Shown: positions 53,026 through 63,619, counted from the stretch's first letter. The stretch: 64,000 bases of DNA from Betaproteobacteria bacterium (GCA_018970545.1 JAGWWC010000004.1:828-64827), one strand, 5' to 3'. Made by a program: numbers and translations. Notes: a model not told the origin generated them from the letters alone.

Positions 53026-54171
53026 TCATCCGGCCTTAAAGGGGCTACGGGCCTCGAGCTCATCCACATAGGCCTCGACCCCGCGCGACTCACGTTGCAG
53101 AAATCTCGCGACGGCGTCACCGAAGGCCGGTTCACTCAGCCAATGGCCTGAAAATGTCCTAACCGGAGTAAAGCCGCGGGCCAGCTTGTGTTCGCCCTGC
53201 GCGCCCCCTTCAAACCGCTGCAGGCGCTGCGCAATGGCCCATTGAATCGGCGCGTAGTACGCGACCTCGAAATGCAAGCAGTCCACCCGTTCAATCGCCC
53301 CCCAATAACGGCCGTACAGAACCCCCGCATCGCGAATAAAAAATGATGCCGCAATCGGCCGATCATTGCGCTGGGCAATACACACCACCACCGACTCGGG
53401 AAGCACATCCAAAAGATGTTCAAAAAAGTTCATCGAAAGATAGGGGGTCGAATGATGCTCACGATACGTCTGGTCGTAGCAGCGATAGAAAAAGGCAAGC
53501 TCCTCTACCGCAAGATCGCCCCCTTCAACCATGCGGGTCTGAACGCCCTGCTGCTGCACTTTGCGACGCTCTGCCCGAATCTTTTTTCGCTTCGGCTGCG
53601 CCAAAGCGGCCAAGTAATCCTCGAAACTGGAGTAGCCCGGGTTATGCCAATGAAACTGGACGCCTTCACGAATCAGCCAGCCCTCTTCCTGAAGCGCCTG
53701 AAGATCTTCGGCCGACGCAAAAAGCACATGGGCAGACGACAAACCCATGGATTGCGCTTGGCTGCGAATGGCAATCAGCAGCTGTCGCCGAAGTGCCAAC
53801 TGGTCCGGAGCAGCCAATAAGCGCGATCCCACAATCGGCGAAAACGGACTGGCCACCACGAGCTTGGGGTAGTAGTTCAGCCCCGCTCTGCTGTAGGCAT
53901 CGGCCCATGCCCAATCAAAAACATACTCGCCGTAGGAGTGGCCCTTCAGATAAACGGGGGCCGCGCCCACGATGCGGCCGTCTGAGTCCAGGGCCGTTAA
54001 AGGCAACGGCTGCCAGCCGGTCTTCGCGTTCGTGCACTCCGTGTGCTCAAGGGCGCTCAGAAACTCCCAGCGCAGAAATGGCGTCGGCTGCGACTGGCCC
54101 GCGAGCAGCCCATTCCACTGGCGCAGGTCAACTTCATTAAAACTTCCGCAATGCCGCAGCTCAAGATCCAC
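53026..54171 (-). CDS. DUF482 / COG3146 GNAT-fold (FemAB-like) protein of unknown function
   Basis: 381 aa. The PFLRWEFLSALE...GWQP...YLKGHSYGEYVFDWAWADAY pattern is characteristic of this family. Confidence 0.75.
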   Translation of the reverse strand: MDLELRHCGSFNEVDLRQWNGLLAGQSQPTPFLRWEFLSALEHTECTNAKTGWQPLPLTALDSDGRIVGAAPVYLKGHSYGEYVFDWAWADAYSRAGLNYYPKLVVASPFSPIVGSRLLAAPDQLALRRQLLIAIRSQAQSMGLSSAHVLFASAEDLQALQEEGWLIREGVQFHWHNPGYSSFEDYLAALAQPKRKKIRAERRKVQQQGVQTRMVEGGDLAVEELAFFYRCYDQTYREHHSTPYLSMNFFEHLLDVLPESVVVCIAQRNDRPIAASFFIRDAGVLYGRYWGAIERVDCLHFEVAYYAPIQWAIAQRLQRFEGGAQGEHKLARGFTPVRTFSGHWLSEPAFGDAVARFLQRESRGVEAYVDELEARSPFKAG

Positions 54172-54177
54172 TGATCA

Positions 54178-54663
54178 TTACCAGCGCTTGAGTGCTTCCT
54201 CGTCGGCGTCTCGGGCAGAGACCCAACGGCTTCCTGCGTCGAGCTCTTCTTTTTTCCAGAACGGGGCCCGGGACTTTAAGAAGTCCATCACAAATGCGCA
54301 GGCCGCAAGGGCTGCCTCCCGATGGGCACTGGCCGCCCCCACCCAAACGATTTCATCAGCAGGCCGCAGAGGGCCGATGCGATGAATCACCGAGACCGCA
54401 TACAGCGGCCAGCGCTGTCGTGCGTCATCGATGATTTCGGCAATCGCGGACTCCGTCATACCGGGATAGTGCTCGAGATTGAGTACTTTGACTGCGTCGC
54501 CCTCGTTTAAGTCACGCACCGTGCCAATAAAACTTGCGACAGCGCCCACGCGGTAATCCAATCGTCCATCCGTGCCAGTCCGCAACAGCCGCGTCTGCAG
54601 ACCAACATCAAAGGCCTCTCGCTGAATTTGAATGCCGATGCGGCAGTCGGATTCGGTCGTCAT
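54178..54663 (-). CDS. moaE: molybdopterin synthase catalytic subunit
   Basis: 161 aa. GAVASFIGTVRD...LEHYPGM motif. Confidence 0.9.
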   Translation of the reverse strand: MTTESDCRIGIQIQREAFDVGLQTRLLRTGTDGRLDYRVGAVASFIGTVRDLNEGDAVKVLNLEHYPGMTESAIAEIIDDARQRWPLYAVSVIHRIGPLRPADEIVWVGAASAHREAALAACAFVMDFLKSRAPFWKKEELDAGSRWVSARDADEEALKRW

Positions 54664-54669
54664 GACGCC

Positions 54670-54933
54670 TTAGCCTCCCGTAACCGGCGGAAAAAATGCG
54701 ACCTCATCGCCCTCGGAGATTCTGTCGTTCTCGCCCGCCATACGCTGATTGATCGCGCCCCGCACAGCACGCTTTTGATCCAAGGCCTCCGCCCAGGCCG
54801 GGCCCCGCAGCTGCAGGTGGCCACGCAGTTCTGCAAGCGATTGCGTCTGCTCTGGCAGATCAATCCACTCGTCTTCGACGCCGGTCTGCTCCCGCAGTGA
54901 TGCAAAAAGACGAAGACGAATCCTCATGGTCAC
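54670..54933 (-). CDS. moaD: molybdopterin synthase sulfur-carrier subunit
   Basis: Small ubiquitin-like protein ending in the diagnostic C-terminal GG (FFPPVTGG). The start may be ATG 54927 instead of GTG 54933. Confidence 0.88.
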   Translation of the reverse strand: MTMRIRLRLFASLREQTGVEDEWIDLPEQTQSLAELRGHLQLRGPAWAEALDQKRAVRGAINQRMAGENDRISEGDEVAFFPPVTGG

Positions 54934-54957
54934 GCAATCCTAGAAAAAATGGTCGTA

Positions 54958-56154
54958 TTAATCGAAGAGCTCAGTGTAGGGAATAAACCGAACGCTTTCA
55001 CCCGTCCGCACCGGGGTTGAAGCCGGTATTTCCACCAAGCCTGCAGACTCAGTCACTGATGACAACACCGATGAATTCTGCCGCGGGTGGATATGCGCAG
55101 TACCCTGCGCATCCAGCCAGCCCCGCAGATATTCCAGGCGGCTATCGGGCTGGGGCCAATCAAAAGCCGCCGGCCGCCTTGATCCGATCGGTGGGCGCAC
55201 CCGAGCGCCCGCCAGCGTCAGTAGGGCCGGTCGGATCAATAAGCAAAAGGTGACCCAGGCAGCGACGGGGTTTCCGGGCATGCCCATAAACACCGCCTCA
55301 CCCAACCGTCCGAATGCAAATGGTTTTCCGGGCTTGATGGCAACCCTCCACAAATCAAGCGTTCCCAATGCCGAGATCGCCGACTTGATGTGATCCTCTT
55401 CACCTACTGATACGCCACCACAGGTCAACAAGGCATCGCACTGGCTTGCGGCCTGCTGCAAACGATCGCGTGTAACGGAAGACTGGTCAGGCAGGCAGCC
55501 CATATCGATTGGTATGCAGCCCGCCCCCTGCACGAGGGCCAGAATCATCCTGCGATTGCTGTCGTAAATTTGGCCAAACGACAGGGGCTCGCCCGGCTGC
55601 CGCAGCTCATCGCCCGATGAAAATACCGCCACTCGCAGCCTGCGCATCACTGACACTCGGGCCAGACCGACCGACGCGCACAGGCCAATGTCAGCTGCCG
55701 ATAAGCGTCGGCCCTTCTCCAAAATCACTTGGCCACAATGAAGATCACCGGCCTTCGGCCGAATGTTCTGTCCAGGCGCTACCGGCTGCAGCAGTCGAAT
55801 ACTGTGCTCATCTTCGATGGCTGTCTGCTCCTGCATCACCACCGCATTTGCACCTGATGGAATGGCTGCGCCAGTGAAAATTCGGGCTACCGTGCCGGGT
55901 GCCAATGGGCTTCCCGGATGACCAGCAGCAATGCGTTGCGAGATCGGCAAGGGCCCCAGCGCATTGTTCATTTCCACCGCAACACCCGCATACCCATCCA
56001 TCTGGCTATTGTCATAAGCGGGCACATCAATGGGCGAAGTGATGTCGCTGGCCAACACCCGGCCTGCGCAATCCGCGACCGGCAGGGACTCTGTCTCCCG
56101 CACGGGCGTTACTGAGTTGAGCAGTAATTCGAGGGCTTGATGAAGGGATTTCAT
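54958..56154 (-). CDS. moeA: molybdopterin molybdotransferase
   Basis: 398 aa with the MoeA N/MoCF/C domain pattern (SQMDGYA, GGVSVGEEDH). Confidence 0.9.
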   Translation of the reverse strand: MKSLHQALELLLNSVTPVRETESLPVADCAGRVLASDITSPIDVPAYDNSQMDGYAGVAVEMNNALGPLPISQRIAAGHPGSPLAPGTVARIFTGAAIPSGANAVVMQEQTAIEDEHSIRLLQPVAPGQNIRPKAGDLHCGQVILEKGRRLSAADIGLCASVGLARVSVMRRLRVAVFSSGDELRQPGEPLSFGQIYDSNRRMILALVQGAGCIPIDMGCLPDQSSVTRDRLQQAASQCDALLTCGGVSVGEEDHIKSAISALGTLDLWRVAIKPGKPFAFGRLGEAVFMGMPGNPVAAWVTFCLLIRPALLTLAGARVRPPIGSRRPAAFDWPQPDSRLEYLRGWLDAQGTAHIHPRQNSSVLSSVTESAGLVEIPASTPVRTGESVRFIPYTELFD

Positions 56155-56198
56155 TGCGCAGATCGGATGGCGTTGGCCAGACCCTGAACGGTCAGCAC

Positions 56199-57746
56199 TT
56201 AACGCAGCGCATGCTGCGCGATGAAGCGCTTGAGGTTCTCAACATCGGTACCGATGTTCTCTACCCGCTGCGGTAGAGATTCCAAATGCCCCAGCCCTTT
56301 CGGCCGCGGCGCAGGCCGGCCCAGGGCCTCTTGAATCGTCTCCTCGAATTTGGTCGGCAGCGCGGTCTCTAGGCAAAGCATCGGCACGCCCGGCTCCAGA
56401 TACTGGCGGCCGACAAACACGCCATCCGCTGTGTGCGGGTCAATCAGCCGTTGATAACGAGACTCTAGATCGCGAATGGTCTGCAGCCGATTGTCATGGC
56501 TGCTCTTGCCCGAGACCATCTGGCTTGCTTTGACCCGCTCCCATGCCTGGGGCTGCGCTGCTTTCAGATCGAACTGGCCGGATTGCGACAGTTCGCGCCA
56601 GAGCGCGGCAGTTGCCATACCATCGTGGCCGGTCATGGCAAAAATGAAACGCTCAAAGTTTGATGCTTTTGAAATATCCATCGAAGGGCTCGATGTCTGA
56701 TAAGTCTCTTTGGATCCCCGCACCCGATATACACCCGTGCGAAAAAATTCATCCAACACATCGTTTTCATTGGTTGCCACCACCAGCCTGCGAATCGGCA
56801 GGCCCATGGATTTGGCAACAAAGCCTGAAAATACATTGCCGAAATTTCCAGAAGGCACACTGAACGACACCGGATCACCGATACGTAATCCATAAGCCTT
56901 CACCGCGCTGAGATAGCCCTTAAAGTAGTACACCACCTGGGACATGATCCGCGCCCAGTTAATAGAATTCACGGTACCAATACGCCACTTGGCCTTGAAT
57001 TCCAGATCGGCCGAGACTGCTTTGACCATATCTTGACAGTCATCAAACACGCCTTCAACGGCCAGGTTATGAATATTGGGTTCCTGCAGCGAATACATCT
57101 GGGCCCGCTGAAATGCGCTCATGCGGCCCTGAGGCGAGAGCATAAAGACTGATACCGCGTGCTTGTCGCGCATGGCGTACTCGGCGGCACTGCCCGTATC
57201 GCCCGAAGTGGCGCCCAGGATGTTCAGAGTCTCCCCACGACGGGTCAACACATACTCAAACAGCTGGCCCAGCATCTGCATGGCCATGTCTTTGAAAGCC
57301 AAGGTCGGACCGTTGGAGAGTTCCAGTATCGCCAGGGGCGCGCCCTGCTCTTGCCCGAGCGATGCCAGCGGCGCGATCTGGGTACTGCCAAATTTCTGCT
57401 CGGTGTAAGCCTGCAAGCACAGACGCTGAATCACAGCTGGATTAATGTCACCCGCGAATCGGGAGATGATCTCCGTTGCGAGCCCCGGATAGGTGAGCGC
57501 TGAGAACTCCAGTAACGCCTCGTGATTGATCTTCGGCAGAAATGCCGGCATGGCTAGGCCGCCGTCCTGGGCTAGCCCTTCCAACAGAATGTCTTGAAAC
57601 CCGCCCATCTGGGCGGCGGGGCCTATGGAGCGGGTAGAGACGTAGTTCAGACGAAGGCCTCCATGCGCAACATCACCGCCTGCGTCAACACTGTGGATAG
57701 CTTCTCGATACGGGCTATCGCTGCCTGCATATCGTGCTCCACGCAC
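56199..57746 (-). CDS. thrC: threonine synthase (start uncertain; maximal ORF given)
   Basis: PLP enzyme with NYVSTR near the N-terminus and a FKD PLP-lysine region. The only in-frame start candidates are GTG 57746 (100-nt overlap with hom), CTG 57650 (SD GGAGG 7 nt upstream) and ATG 57608. Confidence 0.9.
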   Translation of the reverse strand: MRGARYAGSDSPYREAIHSVDAGGDVAHGGLRLNYVSTRSIGPAAQMGGFQDILLEGLAQDGGLAMPAFLPKINHEALLEFSALTYPGLATEIISRFAGDINPAVIQRLCLQAYTEQKFGSTQIAPLASLGQEQGAPLAILELSNGPTLAFKDMAMQMLGQLFEYVLTRRGETLNILGATSGDTGSAAEYAMRDKHAVSVFMLSPQGRMSAFQRAQMYSLQEPNIHNLAVEGVFDDCQDMVKAVSADLEFKAKWRIGTVNSINWARIMSQVVYYFKGYLSAVKAYGLRIGDPVSFSVPSGNFGNVFSGFVAKSMGLPIRRLVVATNENDVLDEFFRTGVYRVRGSKETYQTSSPSMDISKASNFERFIFAMTGHDGMATAALWRELSQSGQFDLKAAQPQAWERVKASQMVSGKSSHDNRLQTIRDLESRYQRLIDPHTADGVFVGRQYLEPGVPMLCLETALPTKFEETIQEALGRPAPRPKGLGHLESLPQRVENIGTDVENLKRFIAQHALR

Positions 57747-58963
57747 TGATGGGTAATTAACACCACATCGGTCTCAGCCATGCCCTCGTCAGGCTCACGC
57801 TGGAAAAACGTATCAATCGAGATCTGACCATCGGCCAGCACACGGGTAATGTCGGCGAGCACGCCCGGCTGATCCTTAACCCTGAGCCGCAGGTAATAAC
57901 ACGACCGCACTTGCGCAATCGGCACAACAGCAAGTGCCGACATCTGATCGGGCTGAAATGCCAGGTACGGCACGCGATGGGCTGGGTCGGCTGTGAGCAT
58001 GCGTGCCACATCGACCAAATCAGCCACCACAGCGCTCGCTGTAGGTTCCGCACCTGCACCTTTACCGTAATACATGGTGTGGCCGACCGCATCGCCCTTG
58101 ACCCAGACGGCATTCATTGCACCTTCCACATTGGCGATCAGCTTTTTCGATGAAATCAGTGTCGGGTGTACCCGAAGCTCAATGCCTTCGGCGTGGCGCT
58201 TGGTGATGCCCAGAAGCTTAATGCGATAGCCGAGCTGCTCGGCATAGGCGATGTCTTTCGCCTGCAGGCTGCTGATGCCCTCAATGTGGGCCCGATCAAA
58301 CTGCATCGGCACACCGAAGGCAATGGCCGACATGATGGCGGCCTTATGCGCCGCATCAACGCCCTCTACATCGAAGGTGGGGTCGGCCTCCGCATAGCCG
58401 AGCCGTTGAGCCTCTTTGAGCACGGCATCAAAAGGCAGACCTTTATCGCGCATCTCCGAGAGAATGAAATTGGTAGTGCCATTAATGATTCCCGCAATCC
58501 ACTCGATACGATTCGCGGTCAGGCCCTCGCGAAGGGCCTTAATTATCGGAATGCCGCCCGCCACGGCCGCCTCAAAGGCCACCATCACACCCTGCTTCTG
58601 GGCGGCTGCGAAAATTTCATTGCCATGCACTGCGAGCAAGGCCTTATTCGCAGTCACCACATGCTTGCCGTGTGAAATCGCCGCCAGGACAAACTCTTTT
58701 GCGAATCCATAGCCACCGATGAGTTCGATCACCACATCAATCTCGGGGTCCCGTGCCAGCGCCATGGCATCGCTCAGCACTCGGGCCTTGCCCGAGGTCA
58801 GCGTCTTGGCTTTTGCCTGATCAAGGTCGGCAACAGCAGTGATGTCGATCGGTCGGCCCGCCCGACGCTGGATCTCATCGGAATTGCGGTTCAGAACGGT
58901 CCAGGTGCCACCACCGACAGTACCGACGCCTGCAAGCCCGACCCTCAGGGCACCGATGCTCAT
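57647..58963 (-). CDS. hom: homoserine dehydrogenase
   Basis: 438 aa with N-terminal [11 protein letters not shown] and a C-terminal ACT domain. The ATG overlaps the aminotransferase stop (ATGA). Confidence 0.95.
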   Translation of the reverse strand: MSIGALRVGLAGVGTVGGGTWTVLNRNSDEIQRRAGRPIDITAVADLDQAKAKTLTSGKARVLSDAMALARDPEIDVVIELIGGYGFAKEFVLAAISHGKHVVTANKALLAVHGNEIFAAAQKQGVMVAFEAAVAGGIPIIKALREGLTANRIEWIAGIINGTTNFILSEMRDKGLPFDAVLKEAQRLGYAEADPTFDVEGVDAAHKAAIMSAIAFGVPMQFDRAHIEGISSLQAKDIAYAEQLGYRIKLLGITKRHAEGIELRVHPTLISSKKLIANVEGAMNAVWVKGDAVGHTMYYGKGAGAEPTASAVVADLVDVARMLTADPAHRVPYLAFQPDQMSALAVVPIAQVRSCYYLRLRVKDQPGVLADITRVLADGQISIDTFFQREPDEGMAETDVVLITHQCVEHDMQAAIARIEKLSTVLTQAVMLRMEAFV

Positions 58964-60177
58964 GCCGCCTCCCCGTGCGCTGTTGCCGTTGGCTTGACCA
59001 AGCCATCTTTACGGAACATCTCTTTGATGCCACGCACAGCCTGACGAGTACGCTGTTCATTCTCAATCATTGCAAAACGAACATGATCATCGCCGTACTC
59101 GCCAAAGCCCACACCGGGGGACACCGCCACTTTGGCCTCGGCAAGCAATTTCTTAGAAAACTCCAGCGATCCCATATGCCGATAGGGCTCGGGAATCTCT
59201 GCCCAGACATACATGGAGGCCCGGGGAACCTCCACCATCCAGCCCGCTTCATGCAGGCCCTTACACAGCACATCTCTGCGGTGCTGATAATTCAGCCGCA
59301 CCTCCTCGACGCAATCCTGTGGACCCTCCAGTGCGATGACCGAGGCCACCTGAATGGGCGTGAAGGTGCCGTAGTCGTGGTAACTCTTGATGCGGGCCAA
59401 GGCAGCGACCAACTCCCGATTGCCCACCATGAACCCGACACGCCAGCCGGCCATGTTGTAGCTTTTGCTCATGGTGAAAAATTCCACTGCCACGTCCCGG
59501 GCGCCCGGCACCTGCATGATCGAAGGGGGCTTAAACCCATCAAAGCAGATGTCGGCATAGGCCAGATCATGAACAACCAGAATGTCATGCTGCTTCGCAA
59601 GCGCGATGATTCGCTCAAAAAAATCAAGCTCCACGCACTGGGCGGTGGGATTACTCGGAAAGCCCAGGATGATCATCTTGGGCTTTGGAATCGACTCACG
59701 AATGTTGCGCTCAAGCTCTTGGAAAAAATCAACGCCACTGCCCATACGGAACGACTGAATGCTGGCGCCCGCAATGATCGCGCCGTAAATGTGAATGGGA
59801 TAGCTGGGATTGGGCACGAGCACGGTATCGCCCGCATCAAGCGTGGCCAGCATCAAATGGGCCAGACCCTCCTTTGAGCCGATCGTGACAATGGCCTCAG
59901 TCTCTGGGTCGAGATCGACTCCGTAGCGGCTTTGATACCAGTTACAGATCGCCCGGCGCAGCCGGGGTATGCCCTTGGAGACCGAGTAGCCATGGGTGTG
60001 CTCCTTATCAGCCGTCTCGATCAGCTTTTCCACAATATGCCGCGGCGTTGGGCCATCGGGATTGCCCATGCTCATGTCGATGATGTCCTCGCCTCTGCGG
60101 CGGGCCGCCATCTTGAGCTCCCCGGTGATATTGAACACATAAGGGGGCAGTCGCTGAATGCGGGGAAAGGGCTTCAT
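58960..60177 (-). CDS. alaC: PLP-dependent aminotransferase class I (AlaC-like)
   Basis: 405 aa. RLPPYVF N-terminus and the [15 protein letters not shown]-lysine motif. Occupies the conserved position upstream of hom-thrC. Confidence 0.85.
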   Translation of the reverse strand: MKPFPRIQRLPPYVFNITGELKMAARRRGEDIIDMSMGNPDGPTPRHIVEKLIETADKEHTHGYSVSKGIPRLRRAICNWYQSRYGVDLDPETEAIVTIGSKEGLAHLMLATLDAGDTVLVPNPSYPIHIYGAIIAGASIQSFRMGSGVDFFQELERNIRESIPKPKMIILGFPSNPTAQCVELDFFERIIALAKQHDILVVHDLAYADICFDGFKPPSIMQVPGARDVAVEFFTMSKSYNMAGWRVGFMVGNRELVAALARIKSYHDYGTFTPIQVASVIALEGPQDCVEEVRLNYQHRRDVLCKGLHEAGWMVEVPRASMYVWAEIPEPYRHMGSLEFSKKLLAEAKVAVSPGVGFGEYGDDHVRFAMIENEQRTRQAVRGIKEMFRKDGLVKPTATAHGEAA

Positions 60178-60275
60178 GGCGGTTTTCTATGGGGCCAGCG
60201 GTTGGGAAAACCTTAACTTTAACCGAGCCTCAGAGTTGCAAAAAACCGCCGAAAACCTGTTAGGCTTAGCCCTCG

Positions 60276-60728
60276 ATGGCTTTGTCACCGGTCTCCACGA
60301 GCTTTACTGCGCAGCCCAATGGCAGCGCCTTCGGAATCAACGCTTACGGGTCTGACTTCATCGAGGTCAACGGCACCCGATTCAATTCTTCTTTGTTAGT
60401 ACGCTCCGATGTCGGGCCAGACGAGCTCCTCGGGCTCACTGCCGAAGGCCTTCAGGCCCGCCACATGGAGATACTCGCCCAATGGGGCCCCGAGATTGTT
60501 TTGGTTGGGACAGGGTCCCGACAGAAATTTCTCTCGCCCACAGTCATGGCCCCCATGCTGAGCCAGCGCATCGGCGTGGAATGCATGACGCTGGCAGCCG
60601 CCTGCAGAACCTTCAATCTGCTGGCCTCGGAAGGCCGCAAAGCCGCAGCATTTCTGCTTTTTGATCACCTGGCGGCAATTACGCCAGCCGTTCAACCCGC
60701 CTTAATTTCCTCACTTCATAAGGACTGA
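60276..60728 (+). CDS. Mth938-like (DUF498, NDUFAF3-related) domain protein
   Basis: 150 aa. The INAYGSDFIEVNG...SLLV...EIVLVGTG...ECM....A.RTFN.L..EGR pattern is typical of the Mth938/Xcc1710 fold. Confidence 0.7.
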   Translation: MALSPVSTSFTAQPNGSAFGINAYGSDFIEVNGTRFNSSLLVRSDVGPDELLGLTAEGLQARHMEILAQWGPEIVLVGTGSRQKFLSPTVMAPMLSQRIGVECMTLAAACRTFNLLASEGRKAAAFLLFDHLAAITPAVQPALISSLHKD

Positions 60729-60735
60729 GCCCAGC

Positions 60736-62445
60736 ATGCCGCTTCCGAAGGCCCCGACCAAGCCCGCCACCCTGCTGCAGCCCACCGATGACCTCATCGC
60801 CAAACCGAATCGCAACAAAAAATCGTCGGGCCGCGGCCTCGCTCCACAAGAGGATATCGAGCCCAGCGTAATCGCGGGCCCCGCGGAACGTCGGCCTGCT
60901 TTACCGCCCCCGCCGCAGGCCCCGGCCCCAGCCCAAACAGCCCCATTTCCAATCCCACCGCAGACGGCGGCCGCACCCGTCACGGCAGTTCGCCGGCCCG
61001 CAATGCTGCGCGAACCAAGGCGTCGTACGGATCCCGATGTCGCCAAAACTTTTGTGCTCGATACCAACGTGTTGATGCATGACCCCTCCAGTCTTTTTCG
61101 ATTCGAGGAGCACGACATCTTCCTGCCAATGATGACCCTTGAAGAGCTCGATAACCATAAAAAGGGTGTCTCAGAAGTCGCCCGTAATGTGCGCCAAGTG
61201 ACACGCTCATTGGATGCGATGATCGAAGCGATTGCGGATGCGAGCAGCAGCGGCCTAAATATTGCCGAAGGTATCCCCCTATCCGTGCTCGGAAACAAAG
61301 AGGCGACCGGCCGACTGTATTTTCAGACCCAGCCGCTGGAAATCGAGACCAGCTCGGTCATAGAAGGCCTCACGGTCGGAAAAGCCGACAACCAAATTCT
61401 CGGTGTCGTACGCGCCTTGCAGGCCAAACAAAAAGACCGGCTTGTCGTGCTGGTTTCCAAAGACATCAATATCCGGATCAAGGCCCACGCCTTGGGACTG
61501 CCGGCCGAGGATTACTTTAATGATCAGGTGATCGATGACGCCGATTTACTCTACTCAGGCGCCATGCAGCTGCCCGAGGGCTTCTGGGATAGCCACGGCA
61601 AGCGTCTCGAATCCTGGCAGCAAGGGGGCTACACCTTTTATCGGGTGACCGGCCCGCTGTGTGCAGCCTTTCATGTCAATCAATTTGTATACGAGGACGG
61701 GGCCAGCCCCCTTTATGCGCTTGTGCAAGAGGTGCAAGGCCGTACCGCCGTACTGCGCACGCTGAGAGATTTCACACATGCCAAGAACTCAGTCTGGGGC
61801 ATCACCGCCCGCAATCGCGAGCAGAACTTTGCGCTGAACCTTCTGATGAATCCGGATGTTGATTTTGTGACCTTGCTGGGCCAGGCCGGCACCGGAAAAA
61901 CGCTGCTCGCATTGGCCTCGGGCCTTGCCCAAATCCTTGAGACCAAAATCTATAACGAGATCATCGTCACGCGGGCCACCGTTCCACTGGGCGATGACAT
62001 CGGCTTTCTGCCGGGCACTGAAGAAGAAAAGATGCAGCCATGGATGGGCGCCCTCGAAGATAACCTTGAGGTGCTCAACCGCGGGGTCGATGGCGGCGGC
62101 GACTGGGGCCGCTCGGCAGCTGCAGACCTGATTCGCACACGCATCAAGATCAAATCACTGAACTTCATGCGCGGCAGAACCTTTATCAATAAATTTTTGA
62201 TCATTGATGAAGCCCAAAATCTCACTCCGAAGCAGATGAAGGCATTGATCACACGCGCCGGTCCGGGCACCAAGGTGGTCTGCATGGGCAACATCGCTCA
62301 GATCGACTCGCCCTACCTCACGGAGGGATCATCCGGCCTGACGTATGTGGTCGATCGGTTCAAAGGCTGGTCGCACGGCGGCCACGTGACCCTGCAGCGT
62401 GGCGAGCGTTCGCGGCTTGCGGATTTTGCAACTGAAGCGCTCTAG
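60736..62445 (+). CDS. PIN-domain + PhoH-like ATPase fusion (PhoH2/YlaK type)
   Basis: An N-terminal region of about 95 aa is Pro/Ala-rich. It is followed by a PIN domain (FVLDTNVLMHDP ... SKDINIRIKA) and a PhoH domain with Walker A GQAGTGKT and Walker B LIIDEAQNLT. Confidence 0.88.
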   Translation: MPLPKAPTKPATLLQPTDDLIAKPNRNKKSSGRGLAPQEDIEPSVIAGPAERRPALPPPPQAPAPAQTAPFPIPPQTAAAPVTAVRRPAMLREPRRRTDPDVAKTFVLDTNVLMHDPSSLFRFEEHDIFLPMMTLEELDNHKKGVSEVARNVRQVTRSLDAMIEAIADASSSGLNIAEGIPLSVLGNKEATGRLYFQTQPLEIETSSVIEGLTVGKADNQILGVVRALQAKQKDRLVVLVSKDINIRIKAHALGLPAEDYFNDQVIDDADLLYSGAMQLPEGFWDSHGKRLESWQQGGYTFYRVTGPLCAAFHVNQFVYEDGASPLYALVQEVQGRTAVLRTLRDFTHAKNSVWGITARNREQNFALNLLMNPDVDFVTLLGQAGTGKTLLALASGLAQILETKIYNEIIVTRATVPLGDDIGFLPGTEEEKMQPWMGALEDNLEVLNRGVDGGGDWGRSAAADLIRTRIKIKSLNFMRGRTFINKFLIIDEAQNLTPKQMKALITRAGPGTKVVCMGNIAQIDSPYLTEGSSGLTYVVDRFKGWSHGGHVTLQRGERSRLADFATEAL

Positions 62446-62458
62446 CGCAGAGAGCGAT

Positions 62459-62534
62459 TGGCGTCCCCTAGGGGATTCGAACCCCTGTACTCACCGTGAA
62501 AGGGTGATGTCCTAGGCCTCTAGACGAAGGGGAC
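62459..62534 (-). tRNA. tRNA-Glu (anticodon TTC)
   Basis: The reverse complement reads GTCCCCTTCGTCTAGAGGCCTAGGACATCACCCTTTCACGGTGAGTACAGGGGTTCGAATCCCCTAGGGGACGCCA. Confidence 0.95.
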
Positions 62535-62575
62535 CCGTGAACAACTGGGTCTTTGCTTGGTGACACTGGACTGAC

Positions 62576-62651
<76 letters not shown>

Positions 62652-62689
62652 GTGCTTCGCACGTTCCGTGACATCTAAGCAAGCCCGCG

Positions 62690-62719
62690 AGTTTAGGGGA
62701 ATAATGCGGAAAAGTCCAA
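62690..62719 (-). promoter_or_regulatory. candidate sigma70 promoter for the tRNA-Ala/tRNA-Glu pair
   Basis: The minus strand reads TTGGAC-N18-TAAACT followed by a GC-rich discriminator (CGCGGG). It lies about 40 nt upstream of the tRNA-Ala 5' end. Confidence 0.3.
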
Positions 62720-62755
62720 TTTCCGGGCCGTGCTGCTTCTACGCGAACTTCACTT

Positions 62756-63619
62756 ATGACTGCCACCCTGATTGATGGCCTGGCCATCGCAAAATCGCTT
62801 CGCCTCCAGGCCGCCGAGCGGGCCAAGGCCTGCTTAGCAAAGGGCCGTACGGCGGGCCTCGCAGTCGTGCTGATCGGCAACAACCCCGCCAGCCAGGTCT
62901 ATGTCCGAAACAAGATCAAGGCATGTGCGGAGGCCGGGATCACGTCACGCTTAATTGAAAAGCCTGAGTCCTTAAGTGAAGTCGAGTTACTTAGCATCAT
63001 CGATGATTTAAACCGCGATCCCGAGATCGATGGGATTCTGGTACAGATGCCGCTTCCAAAACAGCTCGATGCGCATCGGGTCATCGAGGCAATCGCTGCA
63101 GACAAGGATGTCGATGGATTCCATGTCAGCAACGCAGGCGCGCTGATGACCGGTCGGCCCCTGTTTCAGCCCTGTACGCCTTATGGCGTGATCAAAATGC
63201 TGGAGTCCATCGATGCGCCGATCTGGGGGGCCCATGCGGTGATCTGTGGCGCCAGCAATATCGTCGGTAAACCCATGGCCATGATGCTGCTCGCACGCGG
63301 CGCCACCGTCACCGTATGCAACAGCAAGACCCAACGCTTACAAGAGCACACGCGACGGGCGGATATTCTGGTGTCCGCGGTCGGCAGACCGAATATGATT
63401 TCGGCAGATATGGTCAAACCTGGAGCCATCGTGATTGATGTCGGCATTAACCGGCTCGCTGATGGCCGGCTTGTGGGCGATGTCGACTTTGCCTCAGTCT
63501 CGCAGGTCGCCTCTGCAATTACGCCAGTGCCGGGCGGTGTTGGGCCGATGACCATCGCCATGCTGTTAATTAACACCATTGAATCTGCTGAACGCCGACT
63601 CCATCTTTGCTCATCATGA
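62756..63619 (+). CDS. folD: bifunctional methylenetetrahydrofolate dehydrogenase/cyclohydrolase
   Basis: 287 aa. [20 protein letters not shown] and [10 protein letters not shown] motifs. Confidence 0.95.
   Translation: MTATLIDGLAIAKSLRLQAAERAKACLAKGRTAGLAVVLIGNNPASQVYVRNKIKACAEAGITSRLIEKPESLSEVELLSIIDDLNRDPEIDGILVQMPLPKQLDAHRVIEAIAADKDVDGFHVSNAGALMTGRPLFQPCTPYGVIKMLESIDAPIWGAHAVICGASNIVGKPMAMMLLARGATVTVCNSKTQRLQEHTRRADILVSAVGRPNMISADMVKPGAIVIDVGINRLADGRLVGDVDFASVSQVASAITPVPGGVGPMTIAMLLINTIESAERRLHLCSS

Noticed and set aside
56155-56198. Moco riboswitch upstream of moeA-moaD-moaE.
   Set aside because: The spacer is only 44 nt, far too short for the Moco RNA motif of about 130 nt. The genes appear to be co-transcribed with thrC.
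60178-60275. Repeated GGTTTTC/GAAAACC words in the spacer between the alaC-like and Mth938-like genes as a regulatory element or Thr leader.
   Set aside because: The words are short (7 bp), AT-biased and irregularly spaced. No short Thr/Ile-rich ORF is present on the alaC strand.
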